A DNA stretch of 61,223 nucleotides, counting the filler. It is 7 parts of 7 records of this genome, joined end to end, with 100 filler letters (N's around TTAATTAATTAA, not from the genome) between each part and the next. Parts side by side here need not be neighbours in the genome. Positions count along the whole stretch, not along the records: positions 10,727 to 22,735 come from SRR31156797_52916; positions 22,836 to 28,256 come from SRR31156797_52917; positions 28,357 to 35,698 come from SRR31156797_52972; 4 more parts are not named here. One strand, given 5' to 3'. The notes under the pieces were generated by a model that saw only the letters and a list, made by a program, of their open reading frames with translations, searched no databases and was not told where the DNA came from. Of this stretch, positions 20,817 to 30,449 are shown in pieces (position 1 is the stretch's first letter; every line of letters begins with the position of its first letter). Both the position numbers and the translations under genes were made by a program.

Positions 20817-21257
20817 TCATTCTTCATCATTGAAATCAAGTGAACACTTGAATTCCTTTTCAGAACTTGTGATGAGATAATAAGTTGCTGCGAGTGCCAC
20901 AATGAGTACACCCATTCCCATAAGGAAAAAAGGATCTGTATTTTTGATATCGAGTATCACCACTTTTCTTATAACGGCAGTGACACCCACAAGAATAATC
21001 ACATCCACATTCATTGAGGATTCTATAATTATCATCTTGACAGTTTCCAGCAATTCAATTCCTATGATCACAAGGAAGAAAAGACCAAACATATCCAGAA
21101 TCTCATCAACTCCTACTAAAAGAACAGGCGGATTAAGCAATTCCACAGCCAGTATCCAGCCGATCTCCAGAATAGCACTCAGGATCACAAGCGCCATCAT
21201 CACGATGACAACTTTAACAACTAAAGTCTGAAACATGTTTACGTATTTAATGATCAC
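20817..21257 (-). CDS. Phosphate-starvation-inducible PsiE-family membrane protein
   Basis: Four TM segments, IGIELLETVK, TAVIRKVVILD. Confidence 0.8.
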   Translation of the reverse strand: MIIKYVNMFQTLVVKVVIVMMALVILSAILEIGWILAVELLNPPVLLVGVDEILDMFGLFFLVIIGIELLETVKMIIIESSMNVDVIILVGVTAVIRKVVILDIKNTDPFFLMGMGVLIVALAATYYLITSSEKEFKCSLDFNDEE

Positions 21258-21423
21258 TCTGTCTACCGCCGGAATAGTTTCTACAGTCTTTAAGATATGG
21301 AATAAGCATTATGCATTGCTTTATTTTGTGAAATTTCTATTAAGTCTTTTTCCCTTTAATCCATATAACTATTGCTCTGATCAGAAAAGAAAGAAGATAA
21401 AAATTAGAAGGTAAAAAGATTAA

Positions 21424-21613
21424 TTGACAATAACCCCATTGACAATTTACTGACAATAACCCGCTAATAATTTGTTGACAATAACCCCATTGACAACTTT
21501 TGACAATAACCTAGTAACATTCCAATCCTATCGGAATGCACCCCGAATACGCTCATACTCCATTACCCTTTAAGGCATTTTAACCCCACTCCCGACCGCT
21601 CATACTCCATTAC
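21424..21613. repeat. Cluster of short direct repeats
   Basis: TTGACAATAACCCCATTGACAA at 21424-21445 and 21475-21496; six TGACAA in total; CGCTCATACTCCATTAC at 21550-21566 and 21597-21613. Confidence 0.9.
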
Positions 21614-21916
21614 TTTTCTCCGGAGGAGGAGGAAACACGTGTGTATACGTTTGACAGATGCAGAGGGGAAAGGCATCGTACACGTATTTCCAAGCAATCC
21701 AATTTGTTTTTTAACAGGGGAGAGTTGGGACAAGTCCCATATCGTAACACCTTATGGTATATTTCGTTGTAACATTTACTGCAAAGCAGTTGTTGCCACA
21801 ATTTATACTACATTAGACTACTATATAAATATATCTACATTTGAATATATAATGATCATCATAATTATGATGTGTTTTTGGTCCTTAAAATGTGCAGCAA
21901 AGAACAACATAGAATA

Positions 21917-22162
21917 TTATTCAGAACAGAAATATTCCCCTTCCATACCGAATTTTCCGTGTATCATACAATCTGAACAGAGGCATCCCCTTTTACTCAC
22001 ACCCTGGCGAGGACCTTTAGAACAGAACATGAAGACCCCTTTTTCAGGATAGGAAGGACACTTAAGACAATTGCAGCCTTTGGAATGATGATAGGATGTG
22101 CAGATACCGAAGTATTTGCCACGTCCTTCTGATAAACAGTTAGTATCATCAACCATACTCAT
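21917..22162 (-). CDS. Small Cys-rich protein (DUF2769-like)
   Basis: CNCLKCPSY...FCSKG...GCLCSDC...YFC pattern; start moved to MSMVDD. Confidence 0.72.
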   Translation of the reverse strand: MSMVDDTNCLSEGRGKYFGICTSYHHSKGCNCLKCPSYPEKGVFMFCSKGPRQGVSKRGCLCSDCMIHGKFGMEGEYFCSE

Positions 22163-22206
22163 CACTGTTGATAGAGGAAACAAAAAATAAAGGAAAAAAG
22201 GAAAGC

Positions 22207-22735
22207 TCAACCGAGCTTTTCCTGAAGGTAGTTCTTGAAACCTGCGTAATCCGTGTCAAGATAATCCATGAACTCTTCCTTTGCCTCTACCTTTTTCAGG
22301 CTTTCGGGAAGTTTCGGTTCGACACCGGTCTCTGCCTTGACATGTTCAGGGAATTTTGCAGGGTCTGCTGTTTCCAGTGTTATAGCAAGAGTGTTGTCAC
22401 CGGTACGTGCCCTGAAGTTGAAAAGGCCTTTTATTCCGACTGCACCATGTGGTTCGATAAGGATACCATATTTATCGTAGATCTCTTTGATGGTTGCCTT
22501 GGTCTCATCATCTGTTACGGAGCCTGAGTGAATATCATTCCTGAGCTTTTCCATGTCAGGTTCTTTGCTGATATGACCTGTCTCGTCCATAACACCATCA
22601 TAGACAGCGATGAGTCTTGCAAGGTTGCTTGGGTGTCCCACATTCATGGCATTGGAGAGACAGTTCCTTGAAGGTTCGATCTTGTCGTAGTGTCCTGTAT
22701 TCAGGAAGGTTGGCACCTCGTCGTTCTCATTGACA
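22207..22735 (-). CDS. thrC: Threonine synthase, 3' part (cut by contig end)
   Basis: LSNAMNVGHPSNLARL, IEPHGAVG, LETADPAKF. Confidence 0.88.
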
Positions 22736-22835
22736 NNNNNNNNNNNNNNNNNNNNNNNNNNNNNNNNNNNNNNNNNNNNTTAATTAATTAANNNNNNNNN
22801 NNNNNNNNNNNNNNNNNNNNNNNNNNNNNNNNNNN
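22736..22835. other. Artificial contig spacer
   Basis: N run / TTAATTAATTAA / N run. Confidence 0.99.
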
Positions 22836-22841
22836 TAATAA

Positions 22842-23042
22842 AAGCGGCTCCGCAATCTCCTGGAAAAACTGAAAGTCCACGGTATTGTTTCCGAAATAGA
22901 TACCAAAAACCGGGTGGTCATAAAACCACTCATCGCCCATCTGGCCAATCCAGAGTCCCTGACCACCCTGCTGCACCATTTGAAGAAGCTGGCCCGGAAG
23001 AACCAACCATCACAGCCCCATGGAGACCAGGATGCAAACTAA
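22842..23042 (+). CDS. jetB: Wadjet JetB (DUF4194-like) C-terminal fragment
   Basis: Manual translation KRLRNLLEKLKVHGIVSEIDTKNRVVIKPLIAHLANPESL...DAN*, overlapping the jetC start; the first 6 nt of the contig read TAATAA in frame. Confidence 0.65.
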   Translation, partial: KRLRNLLEKLKVHGIVSEIDTKNRVVIKPLIAHLANPESLTTLLHHLKKLARKNQPSQPHGDQDAN

Positions 23043-26000
23043 CCAAGAGAATCCGGATAAAACGCTCAGCTTACATCCAGATAGGACCTGTCCACCTCCG
23101 TTTATTTTAAAACAGCTTCAAGTATACAATTGGGGGCCATTTGGCCGTCCCGAGCCTCTGGAAATAGACGCTTTGGGGACAGCCCTCGTGGGCCCCACTG
23201 GAAGCGGAAAAACAACCCTAGTTGATGCCCTCATCACCCTTGTCACTCCAATCCCCAAATATAATCTTGCATCAACCGGCGGCCATGAAAGCGACCGGGA
23301 CCTGATTTCATATATCCGGGGGGTATCAGGGGCTGGAAACAACACAGGAGATAACAGCCATATTGCCCGGCCCGGAAAAACCACCACAGCCATAAGTGCA
23401 ATTTTCAGTGATGGAAATACAAAGGTTACTATAGGGGCACTATTCTGGATCGATGGTACAAGTTTTTCTCATACGGACCTCCGCCGCGCCTGGATCTTTT
23501 CTGATGCAAATGCCCCCGGTATGGATGATTGGATTACCATACACCATGAAGGAGGGCTTCGGGCTTTAAAACAAATGGCCAGGGAGACAGCGGGCTTTCA
23601 GATCTTTGACCGGAAAAAACAATACAGCGCCCATCTTCGTAGATTTTTCGAAGTGGGGGAAAATGCTTTTGCTCTTTTTAACCGGGCCGTCGGGCTAAAA
23701 CAGCTAAACAGCATTGATGAAATTTTCAGGGAGTTGGTTTTGGATGACCGGGCCGGATTTGAGCGTGCCACTGAGGTTGCCCAAGAGTTCGATAATTTGA
23801 AAGGAATCCGGCAGGAATTGGAAATAGCCCTTGAACAGCAGAGATCCTTGATTCCCATTGAAAAAAAGAACCGGCAATTCCTATCCTGTGAGCAACAATT
23901 AGAAGAGCAGCAGCACCTGCTAAAAATCCTGCCGGTTTGGTTCGCCATTGCTGCATACCGGATCTGGGGGAACCAGGCAAAGTTGCTCGAAGACCAAGTC
24001 CAAACCATAACAAAGCAAATCGAGACTGAAACCCAGCAGGCAGACATTCTCAAGCAAAAAGCAGACAGGTTTCAAGAAATCTATCTGAAAGCTGGTGGTG
24101 CCGGAATCGAGCAACTAAAAGTCCGCATTGAGGAAAAAAAAGAAGGCATAGTCTCTACCAAAAGAGATGCCCAAAGTTATCAGCAATTAGCCCGTACCAT
24201 GGATCTGGATGACAGCCTTACCAAAGATGCCCTGCAAAAAAATCAGAAGACAGCGACAGCTCGTATTAAGGATTATAAACAAAAAACAGAATCCTTAGAC
24301 AAAGAGAGCTACCGACTGGGACTGATTCTGGAACAGAACAAGCAGGAACAAGAACAGTTAAAAGATGAATGGGCCGCCATTCAGGCACGCCCTGGATCCA
24401 ATGTACCCACGAAATACCAGAGATTCAGGACAGCACTTGCCCAGGAACTGAATCTCCCGGAAAATCAGCTCCCCTTTGTCGCAGAAATGGTGGAAGTAAA
24501 AGCAGAAGAAACAAGATGGCGGGGTGCAATTGAACGGGCCATCGGCGGCAACCGTCTTCGTATCTTAGTCCCAATGTCACATAGAAAAAACGCTCTGAAA
24601 TGGATAAATAACCGAAACAATCAGCTTCATATCAGACTCTTAAGCAGTTCAATCCCTGAAAAACACCCCCAATTTAAACATGACGGATTTACCCGTAAAC
24701 TGAATTATAAAAAACATCCACTGAACGGACTTATCAAACATTTTCTGGCCCAAATGGACCGGCATTGTGTGGAAACCGCACAAGAGCTTGCCATGACCCC
24801 GTATAGTATGACCCCTCAAGGACTGATGTCCACGAAGGCTGGGTATTATGAAAAACAAGATCAAAGGGGGCTTAACGAAAACTGGATGACCGGTTTCTCA
24901 AATAACGACCGTCTCCGTTACCTCAGCCGCCAGATTACAAAAATCGCCCCCCAGATTAAAGAAAAGCAACAGGCGTTTGACCTCGTAAAAAACAGTTCAA
25001 GTCAAATCCAAAACAATATTACGGCCCTGTCAAGCATACTTAGTATCACATTTAAGGCCATAGACCTCAACGGTGCAACACGTGTATTAGACGACCTTAA
25101 AAAGGATCTTGCCATTCTCACCGACCCGAAATCTGATATGGGAAAGGCTTTTAAAGAATATACCCTGGTGTCCCAGCAGGCAGAAAAAGCGATGAATGAA
25201 ATCCACCAATTAAGAGAAAACCGTGGGAGCCTGAAAACCAGCCTAAAAACGGCGGTGAAAAATAAAGAAGCTGCAGAGATGCAAATGGGAGAAGGATTAA
25301 CAAATAATGATGGGGATCTGGGAAAACAACACCTTCCCCCTGTTGAAGAATCCCATCTGAACCTATTGGGCCAGATGGAAAGAAATGAAAGGAACCGTAT
25401 TGAAAAAAGCCGTGATGATTTAGGAAAAAAGCATAAAACCATGGCCCAGGATCTGGTCCGGCTGATGGGAAAAGCCAAGAATGTGGATACAGGAGCCCTA
25501 AGCGAAACCGGTACCGACATTATCGACATTCCACAATACCTGGAACAACTGGATACCCTTACCCGCGAAGCCTTGCCGGAAAAGCGCAAAAGATTCATGT
25601 CCTACCTGACCCAATCCTCAGACCAGGGAGTGACCCAGTTGCTTACATACATTCAAAACGAAGTCGCCATCATTGAGGAACGGATTGATGCCCTGAACCA
25701 TACCCTGGAACGGGTGGATTTCAAACCAGGACACTATTTAAAACTGGTCCCCATCCCAGTATCTGCAAATAGCCTGAAAACCTTGCTTGCCTCCCAACGC
25801 CGTCTAAAATCTGCAGCACTGAAAGATGATGAAGGGGAAAGCCATTATCGAGCATTGCAAAGCATGGTCCAGCTTCTCAGGGATGCTGCGGAAAGAAAAC
25901 ACACGGTAGATGCCCGGGCCCTTTTAGATCCCCGATATCGGTTAACCTTCAAAGTCTCTGAAATTGACCGTCTGACAGGAAAAATTATTGATACCCGCTC

Positions 26001-26454
26001 TGGGTCCCAGGGCGGCAGTGGCGGTGAAAAGGAAATCATTGCCAGCTATATCCTGACAGCTTCCCTGAGTTATGCCTTGTGCCCGGATGGTGCATCCAGT
26101 CCATTGTTTGCCACCATTGTGCTCGATGAAGCCTTTTCCAAAAGTTCACAATCTACAGCCGGACGAATCATTTCGGCCCTGAGGGAATTCGGACTTCATC
26201 CCTTATTTGTAACCCCCAATAAAGAATTACGGTTGCTACGGGCACATACCCGTTCGGCGGTTGTCATTCACAGAAAAGGCATGCAGGCGTCAATGACGTC
26301 ATTAAGCTGGGAAGAACTGGATGCCCATGCACAAAAAAGGATTAAAAGTAACAATGAAATCTCCAAACGAACTGGCCAACAAACTGGCCCGGCAGTGGCA
26401 GAATCCCAATATAAGGGAAGGAAGACTGCTCAATCCGGACAACTGGCCAATTAA
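23032..26454 (+). CDS. jetC: Wadjet SMC-like ATPase JetC
   Basis: QVYNWGPF, Walker A GPTGSGKTT, long coiled coils, hinge RGAIERAIG, signature GSGGEK, Walker B IVLDEAF; SD GGAG before ATG 23032. Confidence 0.88.
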   Translation: MQTNQENPDKTLSLHPDRTCPPPFILKQLQVYNWGPFGRPEPLEIDALGTALVGPTGSGKTTLVDALITLVTPIPKYNLASTGGHESDRDLISYIRGVSGAGNNTGDNSHIARPGKTTTAISAIFSDGNTKVTIGALFWIDGTSFSHTDLRRAWIFSDANAPGMDDWITIHHEGGLRALKQMARETAGFQIFDRKKQYSAHLRRFFEVGENAFALFNRAVGLKQLNSIDEIFRELVLDDRAGFERATEVAQEFDNLKGIRQELEIALEQQRSLIPIEKKNRQFLSCEQQLEEQQHLLKILPVWFAIAAYRIWGNQAKLLEDQVQTITKQIETETQQADILKQKADRFQEIYLKAGGAGIEQLKVRIEEKKEGIVSTKRDAQSYQQLARTMDLDDSLTKDALQKNQKTATARIKDYKQKTESLDKESYRLGLILEQNKQEQEQLKDEWAAIQARPGSNVPTKYQRFRTALAQELNLPENQLPFVAEMVEVKAEETRWRGAIERAIGGNRLRILVPMSHRKNALKWINNRNNQLHIRLLSSSIPEKHPQFKHDGFTRKLNYKKHPLNGLIKHFLAQMDRHCVETAQELAMTPYSMTPQGLMSTKAGYYEKQDQRGLNENWMTGFSNNDRLRYLSRQITKIAPQIKEKQQAFDLVKNSSSQIQNNITALSSILSITFKAIDLNGATRVLDDLKKDLAILTDPKSDMGKAFKEYTLVSQQAEKAMNEIHQLRENRGSLKTSLKTAVKNKEAAEMQMGEGLTNNDGDLGKQHLPPVEESHLNLLGQMERNERNRIEKSRDDLGKKHKTMAQDLVRLMGKAKNVDTGALSETGTDIIDIPQYLEQLDTLTREALPEKRKRFMSYLTQSSDQGVTQLLTYIQNEVAIIEERIDALNHTLERVDFKPGHYLKLVPIPVSANSLKTLLASQRRLKSAALKDDEGESHYRALQSMVQLLRDAAERKHTVDARALLDPRYRLTFKVSEIDRLTGKIIDTRSGSQGGSGGEKEIIASYILTASLSYALCPDGASSPLFATIVLDEAFSKSSQSTAGRIISALREFGLHPLFVTPNKELRLLRAHTRSAVVIHRKGMQASMTSLSWEELDAHAQKRIKSNNEISKRTGQQTGPAVAESQYKGRKTAQSGQLAN

Positions 26455-27514
26455 ACTGTCTATAGGACGGCCGACCAACAAACTCTTGTCTGAACAAACA
26501 ACAACAGTAAAAAACCACCTGGACCAATGGCGCGACATCGGCATTGGCAAGGTCTACTGGGAAGACATTACATTCAGGACCACAGGCGAACCAATTCGAA
26601 TTCCGGTATACTGGGAATTAAATTCACCTTCCCAATGGGTTACCGCAACCGGCAGCACCGAAATAAAATACGAATTCAAACGGCTTGAAAAACTGGCCGA
26701 AGCCTGTCCCCGCATTTTCCATAAGTTATTGATCCGGCAACGGCACCTGATCAACAATAAGCCAGCAAAAGAAATCATCCGGGCCACCCGATTAGCAATG
26801 GAATTAGAACCAGGTTGTGCCAAGGGAAGACCATTACGCACACTATCTTTAGCCGGTATTGACAGCAAATTTTTTGAACGGCACCGCACCCTGGTATCTA
26901 AATTATTAGATATCCGTTTTGACAACATGGCCGGCGAACTGGGACTTGAAGCATTTCTTGGGGCATTGGATGAAAATGACCACTGGCTTTTACTTGCAGA
27001 CCTGGACAGTGGCCTTTTACCTTTTGATCTGCAACGGGTCCGGGCTAAGGAAATTTGTAAAACCACGTTGCCAGGAAAACATTTACTCGTTGTTGAAAAT
27101 GAAAAATGTCTATACCATCTTCCTCCCCTCAAAGACACACTTGCTATTTTAGGGGCTGGTTTAAACTTATCCTGGCTTCAGGGCCCAAATTTTTCTAAAA
27201 AAAGTCTGGGATACTGGGGCGACATCGACACCTGGGGCTTAGCCATGTTAGCCAAAGCCCGATGCCTAAAACCCGATTTAACACCATTGCTGATGACAAA
27301 AGATATTTTCAATAAATACAGGAATGACCATGCGGTTGAAGAAAAGACACCTGCCTCCCTTACTCCACCAGAAGGACTTACCAACGAAGAAATAATTCTT
27401 TACAACACATTGCTCCCCTTAAATAGAAATCGATTGGAACAAGAATTTTTACCTAACGAGTTCGTGGCCACAACGCTTAGAAAGTGGACGGATGATTTTT
27501 TCACCACGAAATAA
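26354..27514 (+). CDS. jetD: Wadjet TOPRIM nuclease JetD (DUF3322 + DUF2220)
   Basis: GIDSKFFE, VVENE, YWGDIDTWG (DxD), RLEQE; start MKSPNEL. Confidence 0.88.
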   Translation: MKSPNELANKLARQWQNPNIREGRLLNPDNWPIKLSIGRPTNKLLSEQTTTVKNHLDQWRDIGIGKVYWEDITFRTTGEPIRIPVYWELNSPSQWVTATGSTEIKYEFKRLEKLAEACPRIFHKLLIRQRHLINNKPAKEIIRATRLAMELEPGCAKGRPLRTLSLAGIDSKFFERHRTLVSKLLDIRFDNMAGELGLEAFLGALDENDHWLLLADLDSGLLPFDLQRVRAKEICKTTLPGKHLLVVENEKCLYHLPPLKDTLAILGAGLNLSWLQGPNFSKKSLGYWGDIDTWGLAMLAKARCLKPDLTPLLMTKDIFNKYRNDHAVEEKTPASLTPPEGLTNEEIILYNTLLPLNRNRLEQEFLPNEFVATTLRKWTDDFFTTK

Positions 27515-28071
27515 AGCAGGTGGGCGGCTTTGCTTTCAATAGTAGGATATGCGGGCTCACCAACCACGGTTTGATCGAGATTGCCAAATATCCCGGCAGG
27601 ACTGCCAGGTATAGAAGAGTGGCCTTTAGGTGCTTCCCAAAAGGCCTTCACCGTATTGTTATTGCCACAGAAAGGTTTGTGTATACCGCCCTTTAATATC
27701 CATAAGGTCACGCCCCATATCCGTTGCCAGGGAGGGGGAATGGGTTGTTTTTCAGATTAAAGCCAAAGCCTGCTGTAGTTCGGCTGCATTCTGTTCAAAC
27801 CGCTGTCAATCCAACCGAAATGACAACATCCAAATTATAATATTTAACTGCCTGAATTTGAGTTCCCCCCCCAATGGCACCATGTTGAGTGGTGTGTCGG
27901 AAATCCCGACATACCACGGGCTCAATAAGTTCGCCCTCCTTGAAACTGTTTCCACTATGGCCGTCAATTGTGGCCCTGGCCTTGCCAAAAAGATGTACCT
28001 TCCTGGATTAGCCATAGGGTCTCATCCTTGACATCAATTTTGATATCACCGTTCCTGTTTTTGTAAATGAG
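27489..28071 (-). pseudogene. Degraded RhuM/Fic(Doc)-family gene
   Basis: Fragments across frames: LIYKNRNGDIKIDVKDETLWL; FKEGELIEPVVCRDFRHTTQHGAI...YYNLDVVISVG; QRFEQNAAELQQALAL*; RYTQTFLW; GEPAYPTIESKAAHLLYFVVK(NHP after a frameshift). Confidence 0.82.
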
Positions 28072-28256
28072 CCAACAATGAGACAATATTGTCTCTTCTC
28101 CCTGTGTATCATTCTGGACATCCCCCCCCCTTCAACGAGCCCTTCCCTTGAACGGCGGGCTCTTTGGCGGCTGGCACAGAACTTGTAATGGTCACCATTA
28201 AGTTCCAATGGCAGGTAAACAGCTTAAAAAAACCCAACAACAGGAGAGTAAAATGA

Positions 28257-28356
28257 NNNNNNNNNNNNNNNNNNNNNNNNNNNNNNNNNNNNNNNNNNNN
28301 TTAATTAATTAANNNNNNNNNNNNNNNNNNNNNNNNNNNNNNNNNNNNNNNNNNNN
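28257..28356. other. Artificial contig spacer
   Basis: N run / TTAATTAATTAA / N run. Confidence 0.99.
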
Positions 28357-28467
28357 GAGAGTGTAGAAGCGGCTTTGGAAAAAGCACTTGAAGAAAAAGG
28401 CCAAGATGCCAAAATAACAGTACTGCCATTGGGCTCTCTTTCAGTGCCCAATATATTGAAAGACTAA
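28357..28467 (+). CDS. C-terminal end of a gene, resembling LarA-family (nickel-dependent lactate racemase) proteins
   Basis: ESVEAALEKALEEKGQDAKITVLPLGSLSVP...*; only 36 codons visible. Confidence 0.5.
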   Translation, partial: ESVEAALEKALEEKGQDAKITVLPLGSLSVPNILKD

Positions 28468-28551
28468 ACGATCAAATACCCTGAACGCCAATGCCGGGAA
28501 AGTCAATTGCATAGAGCGGCGTTACGGATAAATAATCAAGCGTGAACTTTT

Positions 28552-28590
28552 AACAGCGGCGATGCAATCAGCACCGCCGCTGTTTTTTTT
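28552..28590 (+). terminator. Intrinsic terminator
   Basis: AACAGCGGCG...CGCCGCTGTT stem followed by a T run. Confidence 0.85.
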
Positions 28591-28714
28591 GCCCAAAAAA
28601 GTCCTCGTGCACCCAATACCCGAAAAATTGATACGAGACCTTGTCGTTAAAGCGATTATATTAGCAATTCAGCAACTTATTGAAACTTTCATATAAAAAA
28701 CCCAAGGAAATATA

Positions 28715-29782
28715 ATGAAAAAGCTCATTAACGCAGTAGACGAGGTTGTAAAGGACCAATTGACCGGTATGGCCAAAGCACATCCCGAGATTACGGTTAA
28801 AATAGACCCGAACTATGTATACCGGGCAGATGCGCCTAATAAAAAAGTTGCTCTGATCTCAGGCGGCGGCTCCGGCCACGAACCCATGCACAGTGGATTT
28901 GTGGGTATGGGTATGCTGGACGGTGCCTGCCCGGGGCATATTTTTACCTCCCCTACCCCGGATCAAATGTATGAATGTGCCAAAGCGGTAGCCGCTGATG
29001 AAGGGGTCCTGTTTATAGTAAAAAACTACACCGGCGACGTCATGAACTTTGAGACCGCGATTGAAATGGTTCATGGGGATGGGATCAAGGTGCAAAACAT
29101 TCTGATTGACGATGATGTGGCTGTAAAAGACAGTCTGTATACTGCTGGTCGCCGGGGTGTGGGCACCACAATACTGGTTGAAAAAATTGTAGGCGCAGCT
29201 GCAGAAGCCGGATATTCTCTGAAGCAGTGTGCCGATCTGGCCCGCAAGGTCGGCCGGAACGGTCGTTCCATAGGCGTGGCACTGACCTCCTGCACGGTGC
29301 CGACCGTCGGCAAGCCCACCTTTGAGCTGGCTGATAATGAAGTAGAAATAGGCATTGGTATTCATGGCGAACCGGGTACGGAACGTATCAAGATGAAGAC
29401 CGTGAATGAAATCACCCAAAAAATGGCCCTTCGCATTATAGATGACAAGGCGTATACCCGTACTGTTCGCGAATGGGATGCCGAAAAAGGCGAATGGGAA
29501 GAAAAATCTCTGACCGATGAACCCCTCAAGTCCGGTGATGAGGTCATTGCCTTTGTAAACAGCATGGGCGGTACCCCTCTATCCGAACTATACGCTGTAT
29601 ACAGTAAACTGGTTGATGTATGCAAATCCAAGGGCATTAAAATCGTACGTAACCTCATCGGGCCTTACATCACTTCCCTTGAAATGCAGGGCTGCTCAAT
29701 CACGTTGCTCAAAACAGATGAAGAGATTCTCAAATTATGGGATGCGCCGGTGACCACCCTTAGCTTGCGATGGGGTGCATAA
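28715..29782 (+). CDS. dhaK: Dihydroxyacetone kinase subunit DhaK
   Basis: [35 protein letters not shown]. Confidence 0.96.
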   Translation: MKKLINAVDEVVKDQLTGMAKAHPEITVKIDPNYVYRADAPNKKVALISGGGSGHEPMHSGFVGMGMLDGACPGHIFTSPTPDQMYECAKAVAADEGVLFIVKNYTGDVMNFETAIEMVHGDGIKVQNILIDDDVAVKDSLYTAGRRGVGTTILVEKIVGAAAEAGYSLKQCADLARKVGRNGRSIGVALTSCTVPTVGKPTFELADNEVEIGIGIHGEPGTERIKMKTVNEITQKMALRIIDDKAYTRTVREWDAEKGEWEEKSLTDEPLKSGDEVIAFVNSMGGTPLSELYAVYSKLVDVCKSKGIKIVRNLIGPYITSLEMQGCSITLLKTDEEILKLWDAPVTTLSLRWGA

Positions 29783-29800
29783 ATATACGGAGAGGGAACA

Positions 29801-30433
29801 ATGACCGTTAGCAAAGAACAGATTATAAAATGGCTGGAAAAATCCGCCGATGTCATCCAAAAAAACAAAGACTATCTGACCCAGCTCGATGCGGCAATCG
29901 GTGATGCAGACCATGGGGTTAACATGGCCCGTGGATTCACAAAAGTAGCGGAGAAACTACCCACGATTGCGGACAAAGATATCAGCAATATTTTAAAAAC
30001 AACGGGGATGACCCTGATTTCCAGTGTGGGAGGAGCCAGCGGACCGCTTTACGGCACCTTTTTCATGCGCGCCGCCACAGCCGGTAACGGTAAGGACGCG
30101 TTGGACGCCATTGATCTATGCGCCATGTTCAAGGGTGGGGTGGACGGTATTGTTCAGCGCGGCCGGCCCAACCTGCGCGACAAAACCATGTTTGATGCCT
30201 GGGCACCGGCTTTGGATGCCATGCAGGCAGCCCTGTCAAACGGCAGCGACACCCTGACGATTGTAAAGGCTGGAGCAGCAGCCATTGAACAGGGTATGAA
30301 AAACACCATTGCCTTACAGGCAAAAAAAGGACGGGCAAGCTACCTTGGTGAACGCAGTATCGGGCACCAGGACCCAGGGGCGACATCTTCCTGTCTGATA
30401 TTTAAAATGCTGCTTAAGGTTTTAGAGGCATAA
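29801..30433 (+). CDS. dhaL: Dihydroxyacetone kinase subunit DhaL
   Basis: LDAAIGDADHG, GGASGPLYG, GRASYLGERSIGHQDPGA. Confidence 0.96.
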   Translation: MTVSKEQIIKWLEKSADVIQKNKDYLTQLDAAIGDADHGVNMARGFTKVAEKLPTIADKDISNILKTTGMTLISSVGGASGPLYGTFFMRAATAGNGKDALDAIDLCAMFKGGVDGIVQRGRPNLRDKTMFDAWAPALDAMQAALSNGSDTLTIVKAGAAAIEQGMKNTIALQAKKGRASYLGERSIGHQDPGATSSCLIFKMLLKVLEA

Positions 30434-30449
30434 CCAATAAGGACGAATC

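Noticed and set aside
21424..21613. CRISPR array interpretation of the repeats
   Set aside because: Only two copies of each of two different repeats, the intervening sequence itself contains repeat cores, and no cas genes are present
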